DNA from: Candidatus Velthaea sp.
GTDB taxonomy: Bacteria > Vulcanimicrobiota > Vulcanimicrobiia > Vulcanimicrobiales > Vulcanimicrobiaceae
Direction: 5' to 3'
Length of the DNA stretch: 63,232 nucleotides
NCBI GenBank assembly: GCA_050012475.1
Contig: JBEKHC010000015.1
Coordinates: 1 to 63,232 of the forward strand
The notes beneath the pieces were generated by a model. The model did no database searches. It worked only from the letters and a program-made list of their open reading frames with translations, and was not told the DNA's origin. This document shows, in pieces, positions 36,615 to 46,220 of this stretch. The position numbers and the translations under genes were made by a program. Numbering within the stretch: position 1 is the stretch's first letter; every line of letters starts with the position of its first letter.

Positions 36615-38969
36615 TCAGTTCACGGTCACCGCGAAAGTGATCGTCCCCTGACAACCGGTGCCGTTCGCGACGCCGTAGGGCACCAGTTGAAATGCGGCGC
36701 CGCCGACGACGGCGGTGAATTTCGTGAGGCCGGTCTGAAACGTGCCGGCCGGCGTTCCAGCGCTCGAACCGCTGAAAAACGCGAACACCGTGTTGGCGGT
36801 GGTATCGACCGGCGGCGCGGTCGGACCGCTCGAATACGTCGCCCAATTGTTTCCCAGGCTGGTCCCGTCGGGCTTGAGCGCCGCGCTGGTTCCGTCGGCG
36901 GTGATCAGCAGCGAGCCCGGCTTCGTCATGACGCCGGCGAAGGAGACCGCCGCAGCCGAAGAGCGATCGTAATTGCTGCTGCCGCCCACGATGTTGCGGT
37001 AGTCGATGGTGTAGGTGATGGTGCCGCCGGGGCAGACCGTACCGGCCGTCGGGCTGACGCCGGCGGGACAATTCGGGGTCGTCGCCGCGGTCGTCGTGAT
37101 CGCGACGAAGCCGGCGTACAACAGATGATTGGTCGAATTCTTGATCGTGCCGTCGCCAACGGACGTCGCGACGACCGTTCCGGTTGCGTGCGAGAGATAC
37201 GCTACGCCGCTGGGAGCCGCGTAGACGGCCCAATAGTTGAGCGTCGCACCCGAAGCCAGCGGAACGAGCGTAGCCGTCGAACTCTGCCCCGCCGCGGCGC
37301 CGCCGAGCGCGCCGGCGGGTGCGTTTCCGGCATCGGCTTGCAACTGCACCGTCCAGCCCGGCGGCGCGGTCGCGACGATGGTGTACGCGTCGGCCTTGTT
37401 GCCGGTGTTGGCCAGCGTGTTTTCGATCTTGATGTTGCTGACGGCCGTCTTCGTCGCCGTCGCGGTCGTCGGCGAGTACGTCGGGCTGACGTCGGTCGTG
37501 GTGTAGATGTCGCCGGTCGAAACGAACGATACTGCGGTGAAGTCGTGATTGTCGTCGTTGCTCGAACCGTCGAACGAGCCGCTGGCCGCAGCGCTGCCGA
37601 ACGGACCGTTCTTGACCGCGTATTGAGCGAGTGACTGGTTCGAGGTTAACTGCGACGCGCCGCTGGGGCTGGTGATCGCGGTCGTGTTGTCGATCCCCGC
37701 GCCCGCCGTCGTGAGCGCCGCCGTAGCGAGGAGCGAGTCAGTCAACGAACTGCGGGTGATTCCGGGCGCGACCACGTGCTCGGGCATCGCGTTGTCGCCG
37801 ATGACGCTGTTGGCCAGCGTCGTTACCGCACCGCTGTTTGCCGATCCGTTGCCGGCCGGCTGCGCGACGGTGAAAGATAGCGCGAGCGCCGGATTCGGCA
37901 CGCTTCCGGCGCTCGAAGCCGGACCGGCAAGCGGACAAAACTCGACGCCGCTCATCGCGCCGCCGTTGATCGTGCAGGTTCCGCCGGAGACGAACGCCCC
38001 GATGAACTGCGCGCCCGCGGGAACGCTTGCGGAGGTTGCCGTCCAGCCGGTGCTGCCGTTCGGCGACGTGGTGTAGTATAACGTCGCGGCCGCACCCGCT
38101 GCGAAACCATAGGTTCCATTCGGCGTCGCGGTGGCGCTGCCCACGACCGTCAACGGCGATCCGTTGAACTGGGGAATCTTCACCGAGATGAAAACGCCGG
38201 GGACCGTCGTGCCGAGCAGTGCTTTGACGGCGAGGCTGTCTCTCGCGCCCCACGTCGATGAGCCGTCGACCGCGCCGGCCGTGTACGTGATCGCACCGCT
38301 GGCCGGATCTTGGCTGGTCGAGATCGCGACATCGAGCCGCACGTCGGCCATGACGGTATCGGTTTCGGGCGTCGCCGTCGCCGGACTCGACGTCTGTGCC
38401 GGCGCGCTGCCGGCGGCGGCGTACGCAATCGTCCCGGAGAGGTTGGTCACGACCGTGCCCGATGCCGCGCCGCCCGTTGCCGGCAAAGCGTACACGACGT
38501 TTACGGCAATCGATGCCCCGGCCGGCACCGGGACGGCGGACAACGCCGCGTTGAGCGCCGCAACATTCGCGTACGCGGTCGCATCGTACGCGTAGCTGAC
38601 CGTCGGCGAACCGCTGTACGTGCCGCCCGTGACGCCCGTGCCGCTGCAGGCGGTGAGCGTGACGATGCCGTTGGCGTTGCCCGTATTCTGGATCGTGAAC
38701 GTGTCGCTGACCGTTTGTCCCGGGGCGACCGTTTTGCCCGAACCGGCGGAGATGGTCAGTGCGGGCGCATTTTGCACGACGACGCTGACGGTGTTCGAGG
38801 TCGTTCCGTACGTTTGCGCGCTCGCATCCTCGTACGTCGCACTCGAGGTATTCGAGATCACGGTGTTCGCAGCCGTACCGGCACACGCCGCACGCGCCCC
38901 GCTCACCAGCGCCCAACCAACGACGAACGCGGCGCCGAAACGCGCGGGCAACCGCCGGCTGCGCGTCAT
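36615..38969 (-). CDS. DUF11/Ig-like multi-domain secreted protein (putative pilin shaft)
   Basis: Signal peptide, mature N-terminus GTAANTVISNTSSATY...SNTVSVVV, repeated F/YTI.NTGN..D.Y domains, C-terminus GTITFAVTVN. Confidence 0.8.
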   Translation of the reverse strand: MTRSRRLPARFGAAFVVGWALVSGARAACAGTAANTVISNTSSATYEDASAQTYGTTSNTVSVVVQNAPALTISAGSGKTVAPGQTVSDTFTIQNTGNANGIVTLTACSGTGVTGGTYSGSPTVSYAYDATAYANVAALNAALSAVPVPAGASIAVNVVYALPATGGAASGTVVTNLSGTIAYAAAGSAPAQTSSPATATPETDTVMADVRLDVAISTSQDPASGAITYTAGAVDGSSTWGARDSLAVKALLGTTVPGVFISVKIPQFNGSPLTVVGSATATPNGTYGFAAGAAATLYYTTSPNGSTGWTATSASVPAGAQFIGAFVSGGTCTINGGAMSGVEFCPLAGPASSAGSVPNPALALSFTVAQPAGNGSANSGAVTTLANSVIGDNAMPEHVVAPGITRSSLTDSLLATAALTTAGAGIDNTTAITSPSGASQLTSNQSLAQYAVKNGPFGSAAASGSFDGSSNDDNHDFTAVSFVSTGDIYTTTDVSPTYSPTTATATKTAVSNIKIENTLANTGNKADAYTIVATAPPGWTVQLQADAGNAPAGALGGAAAGQSSTATLVPLASGATLNYWAVYAAPSGVAYLSHATGTVVATSVGDGTIKNSTNHLLYAGFVAITTTAATTPNCPAGVSPTAGTVCPGGTITYTIDYRNIVGGSSNYDRSSAAAVSFAGVMTKPGSLLITADGTSAALKPDGTSLGNNWATYSSGPTAPPVDTTANTVFAFFSGSSAGTPAGTFQTGLTKFTAVVGGAAFQLVPYGVANGTGCQGTITFAVTVN

Positions 38970-39103
38970 TTTATTCGAACCCCGGGGCACGTCGGCGGCG
39001 CACCGGTGTGCGTGACGCGTCCGGGCGCTGTATGGGAAACCGCCGGCGCGACATTCGCACATATCGCCAAGGTGGCTGCAACAGCAGCTCGTGCGTACGT
39101 CAT
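38966..39103 (-). CDS. putative 45-aa small secreted peptide
   Basis: GGAG RBS; signal-like MTYARAAVAATLAICANVAPA; stop overlaps the next ATG (ATGA). Confidence 0.3.
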   Translation of the reverse strand: MTYARAAVAATLAICANVAPAVSHTAPGRVTHTGAPPTCPGVRIK

Positions 39104-39185
39104 CGTTCGTTCTCCGCGAATTCCTCGCGCGTGAAAGCCGATCCGCAGCAAGCACGAGATCGGAAGAGTGAGGGGTCCCACTCTT

Positions 39186-39212
39186 CTATCGGAAATTCGG
39201 CGGGAAAGCTAA
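39186..39212 (-). promoter_or_regulatory. sigma-28 (FliA/SigD)-like promoter upstream of the DUF11 operon
   Basis: TTAG-N15-TCCGATAG versus consensus TAAA-N15-GCCGATAA, followed by a GAAGAGTG/CACTCTTC hairpin. Confidence 0.45.
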
Positions 39213-39272
39213 ACTGCTACGCGAGGCAGGCGGGGCACGCGCGCGACAGGCTGCTGCGGCGTGGTACGGCCG

Positions 39273-39896
39273 CTACACCGCGCGCCGAATCTCGGCTGCG
39301 CCAAGCACGCCGAGCACGGCTCCCGAAAGCCGATCGATCCAGCGCCGCGCACGCGGACCCAGTGAAAGCCGTGCCGCGCCGACGAGCGAAACGACCAACA
39401 CCCACCACACCAGTGAGCCGGCAAACACGCCGCCGACCATCGCGACCGAACCCGGCGCGGTCAAGCGGGGCGGCGCGAGCACCGCGAAAACGGCGATGAA
39501 CGAAACGATCGTCGGCGGGTTCGTCAGCGTCAGAAGCAGCGCGCTGCCGAAGGCAGCGCCCTGCGATGCGACGGGCACCCGATCGCGCCGCGCCTCCGAT
39601 GACGGGCCGAAGAACGCGTGCCAGCCAAGGTAGACGAGGAACGCGCCGGCGGCGACATGCAGCGGCCGATCGTACGCGGCCATGAAGTGCATGATGCCGG
39701 TGAGGCCGAGCGCCGCGACGACCGCGTAGACGCCGTCGCCCAGCGCGATGCCCAGCCCGGTGCTCAACCCGCACGGAGCGCCGGCGGCAAGCGTACGGCG
39801 GATGAGCAGCAGGCACATCGGGCCCACCGGCGCCGCGATGGCCGCACCGATTCCGCAGCATTTGACGAAGGTCAGAAGCTCAGCCGGTACTCCCAT
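39273..39896 (-). CDS. LysE family translocator
   Basis: IAAPVGP...L.IRRTL..G...G...GLG.A.GD, LLTLTNP.TI..F. Confidence 0.92.
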   Translation of the reverse strand: MGVPAELLTFVKCCGIGAAIAAPVGPMCLLLIRRTLAAGAPCGLSTGLGIALGDGVYAVVAALGLTGIMHFMAAYDRPLHVAAGAFLVYLGWHAFFGPSSEARRDRVPVASQGAAFGSALLLTLTNPPTIVSFIAVFAVLAPPRLTAPGSVAMVGGVFAGSLVWWVLVVSLVGAARLSLGPRARRWIDRLSGAVLGVLGAAEIRRAV

Positions 39897-39952
39897 ACTG
39901 CGATGACTTCGCCCCCGCAGCGAGGCCGAACCTCGGGACGCACTCGGAATCG

Positions 39953-39974
39953 GGGGCTTCGGCGCCGAAGCCCC
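39953..39974. repeat. perfect 22-bp palindrome in a divergent intergenic region
   Basis: GGGGCTTCGGCGCCGAAGCCCC. Confidence 0.7.
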
Positions 39975-40086
39975 GTCGCCTCGACCGCACGACGCGCGGG
40001 CTCGAGCTTCCTCGCAGGCGCGAGTTTCCTTGTACTGCCGACGGAGGTGCAGACGGAATGGCTCCGCAAAGCGCAAGCGCCGTTTG

Positions 40087-41937
40087 ATGCGCCCGTCACT
40101 GGCCGCACGGATTTTCATCTTTCTGCTGACGTTCTGGGCGCTGATCGTTATCGGGCCCGACATGGGGCGCCCATTTCATCCGCTGGGGATGTTGGGCATC
40201 GACTACGACAACGACGGCCGCATCCTGGACGTGGACGACGGCCGCATCCTGGTCGTGGACAAAGAGGGGTCCGAAGCGCATGAACGGATCGTCGCCGGTG
40301 ACCGAATCGATCTGGGCAAGCCGAGCTTTCGGGCGAACGACGACCTGCTGGCGCTCTTCGGCGGCATGGGAGGCTTGCAATACCTTCAGATCGACCGGCG
40401 GGTGAAGCTTGAGCTCATCGGGCCCACCGGTGCACGCCGGTCGGTAACGCTGCAGGCTCGCCGGCACGACCTTTCTCTTCTCGAGTCGGTCGTACTCGAA
40501 CTCGACGAGATCTGCGGAATCGGCTTTATCTTGCTGGGCGCGTTTCTGGTCTGGGTCCGTCCGGCGCGCGTCACCTGGGGCTTTTTTCTCTTCGCTGTGT
40601 GGTTCAATCCGGGCCAATACTTCACGTATTATTCGTGGCTGCCGCCTAGCGGTGTTCTCCTCCAAGAATTTCTTCAGGCGATTTTCCAGGCCGCCGGCAT
40701 CGCCGGCTTTGTCGAATTCTCGCTCCGCTTTCCGAACGATCGAGTTGAAGGTTGGCGGCGCCCGGTCGAACGCATGCTCCCGCTGCTGTTCGCTGTCCTC
40801 GCAATTTCCGGCGTGCTCATGTTTGCAACGCCGTTCGGGATTCATACCGAAGGGATCTCGCGCTTTGCCTACGGGCTGGCCTATGCGCTCTACCCGTTCG
40901 TCGTTTTCGCATTCGTGACGAAGCTTCGTGTCTTGCCGCCGACGGAAAGCCTCCGCCTGCGCACGGTCATCGCCGGCTGCATTCCCGGACTCTTGTTTTT
41001 CATCATCGCCGACAGTATCGAATCGACCTCACTCTGGCAGGGCTTGTGGGACAGGCTCGGTTGGCAACCGCCCGAGCTGTGGCTCAACCTCTGCTATCTC
41101 GTCAACGCACTCGTCGCCGTGAGCGTCGGCTACGCAGTGATTTGCCGCCGGGTGCTTTCGATATCGTTCATTCTCAACCGAGGTCTCGTCTTGAGCTTCG
41201 TGGGGATCTTCGTGGCGATGCTCGTCGAGCTGATCCTCGTCGTGACGCACCAGGTGCTGGAAGAACACCGCGTGCTGTCCAACGTCGTCGCCGCGGTCGC
41301 GATCGTCCTTTCCGCACCGTTCCTCGAGCGGCTCGCCGAACGCTTAAATCACGCGATCGACCAGATCGTGTTCCGCAGCCTCCACCACGCCGAAGATCGG
41401 CTCCACGAGGTCGCTGAGGCACTCGCTGAAGCAAGTTCCCTCGACGGCGTCGAACGCCAGTTGCTGGATGCACCGGTCGAGGTTTTGCAGCTCGCTTCGG
41501 CGGCATTTTTCACGGCGAACGACGACGATCGATTCGAGCTGTGCAAACACGCCCGCAACTGGCCGGCGAACGCCGTGAAGACGCTGGAAGCAGACGATCC
41601 GCTCGTGCTGCACCTGCGCCGTTATCACTCACCGACGCGGATGCACGAGATCATCCGTGACGATGCCGATCTGCCAACCGGCGCGGCGTATCCGGCGATC
41701 GTGATTCCGCTCGCGATCGAGCGGAACGTCGAGGCGTTCGTCGTGTACGGCGGCCACACGAACGGCTCCGATCTTTTGCCGGATGAGATTACCATTCTCG
41801 TCGCGCTCGCGAGCGCGGCGACCGCCGCGCGAGATCACGTCGCGGCCAAGGTCGCCCGCCGCCAGGTCGAAGAATACCGTCGCACGCTCGCGTCGCTCAA
41901 TGTCCCAAATCCGCGACCGGCGACCGGAAACGCCTGA
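40087..41937 (+). CDS. membrane protein with PDZ-like extracellular domain, about 9 TM helices and a C-terminal GAF-like domain
   Basis: V...S.A...I.AGDRI PDZ-like motif; hydrophobic core; C-terminal AIVIPL.......FVVYG.H..G..L..DE..IL..LA. Confidence 0.7.
   Translation: MRPSLAARIFIFLLTFWALIVIGPDMGRPFHPLGMLGIDYDNDGRILDVDDGRILVVDKEGSEAHERIVAGDRIDLGKPSFRANDDLLALFGGMGGLQYLQIDRRVKLELIGPTGARRSVTLQARRHDLSLLESVVLELDEICGIGFILLGAFLVWVRPARVTWGFFLFAVWFNPGQYFTYYSWLPPSGVLLQEFLQAIFQAAGIAGFVEFSLRFPNDRVEGWRRPVERMLPLLFAVLAISGVLMFATPFGIHTEGISRFAYGLAYALYPFVVFAFVTKLRVLPPTESLRLRTVIAGCIPGLLFFIIADSIESTSLWQGLWDRLGWQPPELWLNLCYLVNALVAVSVGYAVICRRVLSISFILNRGLVLSFVGIFVAMLVELILVVTHQVLEEHRVLSNVVAAVAIVLSAPFLERLAERLNHAIDQIVFRSLHHAEDRLHEVAEALAEASSLDGVERQLLDAPVEVLQLASAAFFTANDDDRFELCKHARNWPANAVKTLEADDPLVLHLRRYHSPTRMHEIIRDDADLPTGAAYPAIVIPLAIERNVEAFVVYGGHTNGSDLLPDEITILVALASAATAARDHVAAKVARRQVEEYRRTLASLNVPNPRPATGNA
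40213..40260 (+). repeat. 24-bp in-frame tandem duplication
   Basis: GACGGCCGCATCCTGG(A/T)CGTGGAC twice, encoding DGRILDVD-DGRILVVD. Confidence 0.85.
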
Positions 41938-42021
41938 CGTTTCCGATCCCAAGCAACGCCGTCATCGCCGGCGCGCGCAGACGCACGCCGGCGATTCGAG
42001 CTTTGGTCAACAAATCGAGCG

Positions 42022-42390
42022 TTAGTTGCGCAGCAGAACGCGATTGGCGATGAACGTCCCGCGGCTGTAATAGCCGACGACGGCAACGCGCTGCGTCGCG
42101 GTCGGCGTGGCACCGGTCGGCAAGATCACCGTGCCGTTCTTGAGGTCGATCGTTTGGACGACGCCGTTGCGGCGCGCGACGGTCAGCCGGTACGGTGCGA
42201 ACGCCGTCACCGTACCGAGGATGACGTGACGGCGGTCGAACCGCCCCGCGTCCCAACCCGGCTGCCAGGTGCGATACAGCGGTACATGGTGCGGACCCGT
42301 CTCGATGACGACGGTTTGCGCCGACACGGGCAGCACGGCCGCCGAACACAGCGCGACGAACAAGGCAAGCGCGCTCAAGCGAATTTTCAT
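42022..42390 (-). CDS. small secreted hypothetical protein
   Basis: Clear Sec signal (MKIRLSALALFVALCSAAVLPVSA); beta-rich, OB-fold-like C-terminus; GGAG RBS. Confidence 0.75.
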   Translation of the reverse strand: MKIRLSALALFVALCSAAVLPVSAQTVVIETGPHHVPLYRTWQPGWDAGRFDRRHVILGTVTAFAPYRLTVARRNGVVQTIDLKNGTVILPTGATPTATQRVAVVGYYSRGTFIANRVLLRN

Positions 42391-42502
42391 GATGATTGCT
42401 TCTCCGAACGGACGCGCCGCAATGGGTAGCGTTGCAGCCGCGGCCAGTGATGTAGCTGAGAAACGCCGCGGCCCCCGCGGTCGTTGCCGCGCTCACGGGA
42501 GA

Positions 42503-43807
42503 TTAATGCGCAGCTGCTCGTCCATGCCAAACGGCAAGCGGCAGCCCGATGAGGGCGGCTGCGAGGATGAACGCGCGCGTGCTCCAGCTGTCTTGGATGA
42601 ACGAGAAGATCAAGATCGCAGCCAACGCCGCCGTTCCCGCGGCGGGCAGCACGACGCCGCTCAAGCGCCGTGCCGGTTCCGGATGAAAAATGCGGACGGC
42701 TGCCGCGGCGCTCATGATGAACAAGATGCCCAAGAACACCGACGTGCCGTTCAAGATGAAGTCGAACGCGGCACGAATCGTCGGCGAAAGCCCGCTCGCG
42801 AGCGTGAATGCCATGCCGGCGCCGGTCATGAAAACGATCGCGCCCGTCGGCTGATCGCGCGCGTCGAGCGTCCCCAGGCCACGCGGCAGCACGCCGTCGC
42901 GACCCATCGCAAAGAAGCTCCGGGTGAGATAGACCAGCGTCGTCTGCAGCGAAGCGGCCAGCGAAACCAACACCGTTGCCGCGATGATGACTCCCCACGC
43001 AGCGCCGCCGAGCTGCGCCCCCACGTAGGCCATCGCATCGCCTTCGTGTTGGGCAAACCCGTCGAGCGTTCCGACCCGCATGAACGCCAGCATGCACAAC
43101 CACAACACTGCGGCGGTCGCGATCAATCCGGCCAGCCCGCTCAAGCCAGGGCCGCTCGTCGCCGCTTGGGCTTCTTCGGCCGTCGACGCCGAAACTTCCC
43201 AACCGTCGATCATCCAAATGCCGATCACCATCGCACCGATCAGCGCGGCGCCGCCGGGAAACGGGGCCCCGGCCGACGCCTGCGCGATTACGGGATGCGC
43301 GAAGGCAACGCCGGCGCCAACGATGAGAATCGCGAGTTCGGCGACCAGCAGCACGTTCGTTACCCGCGTCGTCGGCCGCAAACCGGACTGGAGCAGCACG
43401 CCCGACCCCAACACCCACGCGGTTCCCACGACCGCATCGGCAAGCGGAGATTCCGCCAACGCGGGGGCCGCCAGCGCGAGCGTGTACGCACCTGCCGGAA
43501 CCGCCGTCGCAACGACGGCGAAGATGTTGGCGACGATGAGCACCCAGGCCGCGTACGCCCCTGCCGCCGGCCCGAATGCCGTTCGAACCCACGAGTACGA
43601 CGAGCCGGCCGCCGGGTAGCGTTCGCCCAAACGGCGATAACCGACCGCGATGCAGCACATCACGAGCGTGACGAGCAGCAGTGCCGACGGGGTCGCGCTG
43701 CCGCCGGTGATGACCATCGGCCCGAACACCGTTGCCAGCACGAACGCCGGGCCGATGGCGGCCGCGGCGATCACGAGTAGGTCGCCCAGATTCAGAACGC
43801 GGCGCAC
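42503..43807 (-). CDS. APC family amino acid/polyamine permease
   Basis: About 12 TM; YPAAGSSYSWV, GWE.SA..AEEA, MGRDG.LP. Confidence 0.9.
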   Translation of the reverse strand: MRRVLNLGDLLVIAAAAIGPAFVLATVFGPMVITGGSATPSALLLVTLVMCCIAVGYRRLGERYPAAGSSYSWVRTAFGPAAGAYAAWVLIVANIFAVVATAVPAGAYTLALAAPALAESPLADAVVGTAWVLGSGVLLQSGLRPTTRVTNVLLVAELAILIVGAGVAFAHPVIAQASAGAPFPGGAALIGAMVIGIWMIDGWEVSASTAEEAQAATSGPGLSGLAGLIATAAVLWLCMLAFMRVGTLDGFAQHEGDAMAYVGAQLGGAAWGVIIAATVLVSLAASLQTTLVYLTRSFFAMGRDGVLPRGLGTLDARDQPTGAIVFMTGAGMAFTLASGLSPTIRAAFDFILNGTSVFLGILFIMSAAAAVRIFHPEPARRLSGVVLPAAGTAALAAILIFSFIQDSWSTRAFILAAALIGLPLAVWHGRAAAH

Positions 43808-43808
43808 A

Positions 43809-45215
43809 TCAGCGGTCTCGCAGCAGCGAGTGACGGTAACCGTAGCCGGCGTAGATCGCGACGCCCACGATGAACCAGACGACGAACCGGATCCAGGTCG
43901 CCGTGCCCAAACCCGTCATGATGAAGAGACACAGCAGTGCGCCCAGCGGAGCGGTGACGAAGACGAACGGCGCCCGAAACGGCCGCAGCGCGGCCGGTTT
44001 GCGCAACCGCAAAACGAACACTCCGATGCACACGATGGTAAAGGCCGAGAGCGTTCCAACGTTGACGAGCGCCAACAGGGCTTCGATCGGAATGACGCCG
44101 GCGAGAATCGCGACGAGCACGCCGGTCACGACCGTCGTGAGGACCGGCGTGTGCGAGCGCGCGTCGACGCGAGCGACGAACGGCGGGAGCATGCGGTCAC
44201 GGGCCATCACGTAGAAGATACGCACCTGCCCCAGCAGCGAGGTCAGCATCACGGTCGTCGTTCCCGCAAACGCGCCGGCGAAGACCAGCGCCGCAAGCCA
44301 GCGCGGGTTTCCGGCGTGCGTCACCGCGTCCGCCATCCCGGCGTTGGGATCGATCGTCTTCCACGGTACGAGCCCCACGGTCACGTACGCGACGCCCAGA
44401 TACAACACGCAGCCGATCAGCAGCGAACCGATGACCGCTCGCGGGACATCGCGCGCCGGGTCGCGCGCTTCCTCCGACGCCACCGTGACGGTGTCGAATC
44501 CGATGTAGGCAAAGAAGACCAAGCCCGCACCGGCGATCACGCCGTTCGCTCCGGTCGGAAACGGCACCGCGAACGACGCGCTGCCGCTCGCGGCGCCGAA
44601 GAGCCCGACGATGAAGACGGCGATCGCCACCACTTGGACGACCACGAAGAGCGAGTTCAGCGAGGTCGACTCTTTGATACCGATCGCCAAGACCGCGGTA
44701 ATCGTCAAGATGATCGCGATGGCGAGGACGTCGATCTGCGAATGCGCGAGATCGACGCCACCCAACGACACGTGCAGTGTCGCGGGGTCGAAGGCGAAGC
44801 CGGTCGTCGCGATGTGCGCGACACGGGCCCAGGCCGGGAGCGTCAAGCCGAAATTACCGCTGAAGCTCTGCACGTAGCCCGACCAGGCTGCGGCGGTGGG
44901 GGCAACGCTGATGCCGTATTCGAGGATCAGGTCCCAACCGATGATCCAAGCCACGAATTCACCGAGCGTCGCGTAGGCGTACGTATACGCGCTGCCTGCC
45001 ACGGGCACCATCGCCGCCAGTTCCGCATAGCAAAGCGCAACGAATACGCAGGCCAGGCCGGACAGCGCGAACGCGGCGATGACACCCGGGCCGGCCACGT
45101 TCATGCCGGCGCCGATCGTGGCGAAGATGCCCCCGAGCATCGTGCCCAGTCCGACGCCGATCAGCCCCGCGACGCCCAGTACCCGGCGCAGCGGCACGCC
45201 TTCGGCGGCGCGCAC
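43809..45215 (-). CDS. APC family (cationic amino acid-type) permease; N-terminus may extend to about 45278
   Basis: LRRVLG...GLG..LG.GIF, CYAELA.MVP.AGSAY.Y.YA..GE, FFAYIGFD.V....EE. Confidence 0.93.
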   Translation of the reverse strand: MRAAEGVPLRRVLGVAGLIGVGLGTMLGGIFATIGAGMNVAGPGVIAAFALSGLACVFVALCYAELAAMVPVAGSAYTYAYATLGEFVAWIIGWDLILEYGISVAPTAAAWSGYVQSFSGNFGLTLPAWARVAHIATTGFAFDPATLHVSLGGVDLAHSQIDVLAIAIILTITAVLAIGIKESTSLNSLFVVVQVVAIAVFIVGLFGAASGSASFAVPFPTGANGVIAGAGLVFFAYIGFDTVTVASEEARDPARDVPRAVIGSLLIGCVLYLGVAYVTVGLVPWKTIDPNAGMADAVTHAGNPRWLAALVFAGAFAGTTTVMLTSLLGQVRIFYVMARDRMLPPFVARVDARSHTPVLTTVVTGVLVAILAGVIPIEALLALVNVGTLSAFTIVCIGVFVLRLRKPAALRPFRAPFVFVTAPLGALLCLFIMTGLGTATWIRFVVWFIVGVAIYAGYGYRHSLLRDR

Positions 45216-45287
45216 GCGGTCGTGCGGCTGCGTCGCAACGAGCTGCTTCCAAACGCCGCGGGAATGCGCTTTATGAATGCGGCGCGA

Positions 45288-46202
45288 TCACGAAGCGGGC
45301 TGCAAATCGACGACCCGCGGGCGCAAGCGCAATTCGTGCAGGATACGCGCGTAGTCGGCGTCGGTCACGTCGCTCCAGACCTTTCCGAGCAGTGCGATCA
45401 ACGCGGCTTCGACGACGTTGGTGCCGAACGAGCGGCCGCCGAAATCCGGCGTGGTCGTGACGAGCGTCGTGACGCCGCGCGCGCGCAGTTCGGTGATGTC
45501 GCGCTCGGTGAGTGTATTGGTGAGGATCATCTTGCCGTCGAGCCGGTCGGGCATGAACTGACGCATGAAATGAAAGTCGCCGGCGATGATCTCGGCATCA
45601 TCGTAGTACTCGGGATACTTGGGCTGCGGCGGGCGATCTTGTTTTTTCCCGGTCGGATAAAAGAATTGGAACGGCAGCTTACAGGCGTCGGGCAAATACT
45701 TGCGCGCCATCTCTTCGAACTCTTCGAGTCCGCGCACCGGCTTGTCGAGATCGAGCGCGAAGATGAAATCACCGAAGATCACTTCCGCGCCGGCTGCGAC
45801 GAGCGCCTGGGCCATGCCGAATCGATCGAGGGCGCTGACCATCAGCACGCGCTTCCCCGCCAAGTTCATGCCCAGTTCGCTGGTCAAGAAGCCGACGGCT
45901 TCACGTTCGAGGGTGTTCTTGAGGCCGCTGCCGTCGACGACCGGCGTTTTTTTGACCGCTTCGAGCAGGCGCAGCCCGTCGCGCAGCGCGTACCGCTGCG
46001 TTCCGGCATACAGATAGACATCGATCCCGCCGAGGCCGATCGCGTCGACGACGCCGTCGAGTTCGCGCAGTTTGGCCAGCGCGCGATCGATCGAACCGTC
46101 CATTCCGATCCGGGTGATGTCAAAACGTTCGCCCAGCAGTTCGATCTGCGCGCGATGATCGCGCGACGACGAGCCCAGCGAAACACTGACGACGCGTTTA
46201 AT
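45288..46202 (-). CDS. conserved protein usually annotated 'quinate 5-dehydrogenase' (function unproven); probable ATT start
   Basis: KRVVSVSLGSSSRD N-terminus, DAIGLGGID, VDGSGLKNTLE, GRSFGTNV.EA. Confidence 0.75.
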   Translation of the reverse strand: MKRVVSVSLGSSSRDHRAQIELLGERFDITRIGMDGSIDRALAKLRELDGVVDAIGLGGIDVYLYAGTQRYALRDGLRLLEAVKKTPVVDGSGLKNTLEREAVGFLTSELGMNLAGKRVLMVSALDRFGMAQALVAAGAEVIFGDFIFALDLDKPVRGLEEFEEMARKYLPDACKLPFQFFYPTGKKQDRPPQPKYPEYYDDAEIIAGDFHFMRQFMPDRLDGKMILTNTLTERDITELRARGVTTLVTTTPDFGGRSFGTNVVEAALIALLGKVWSDVTDADYARILHELRLRPRVVDLQPAS

Positions 46203-46220
46203 GACGCCCGACCCGCGCGG

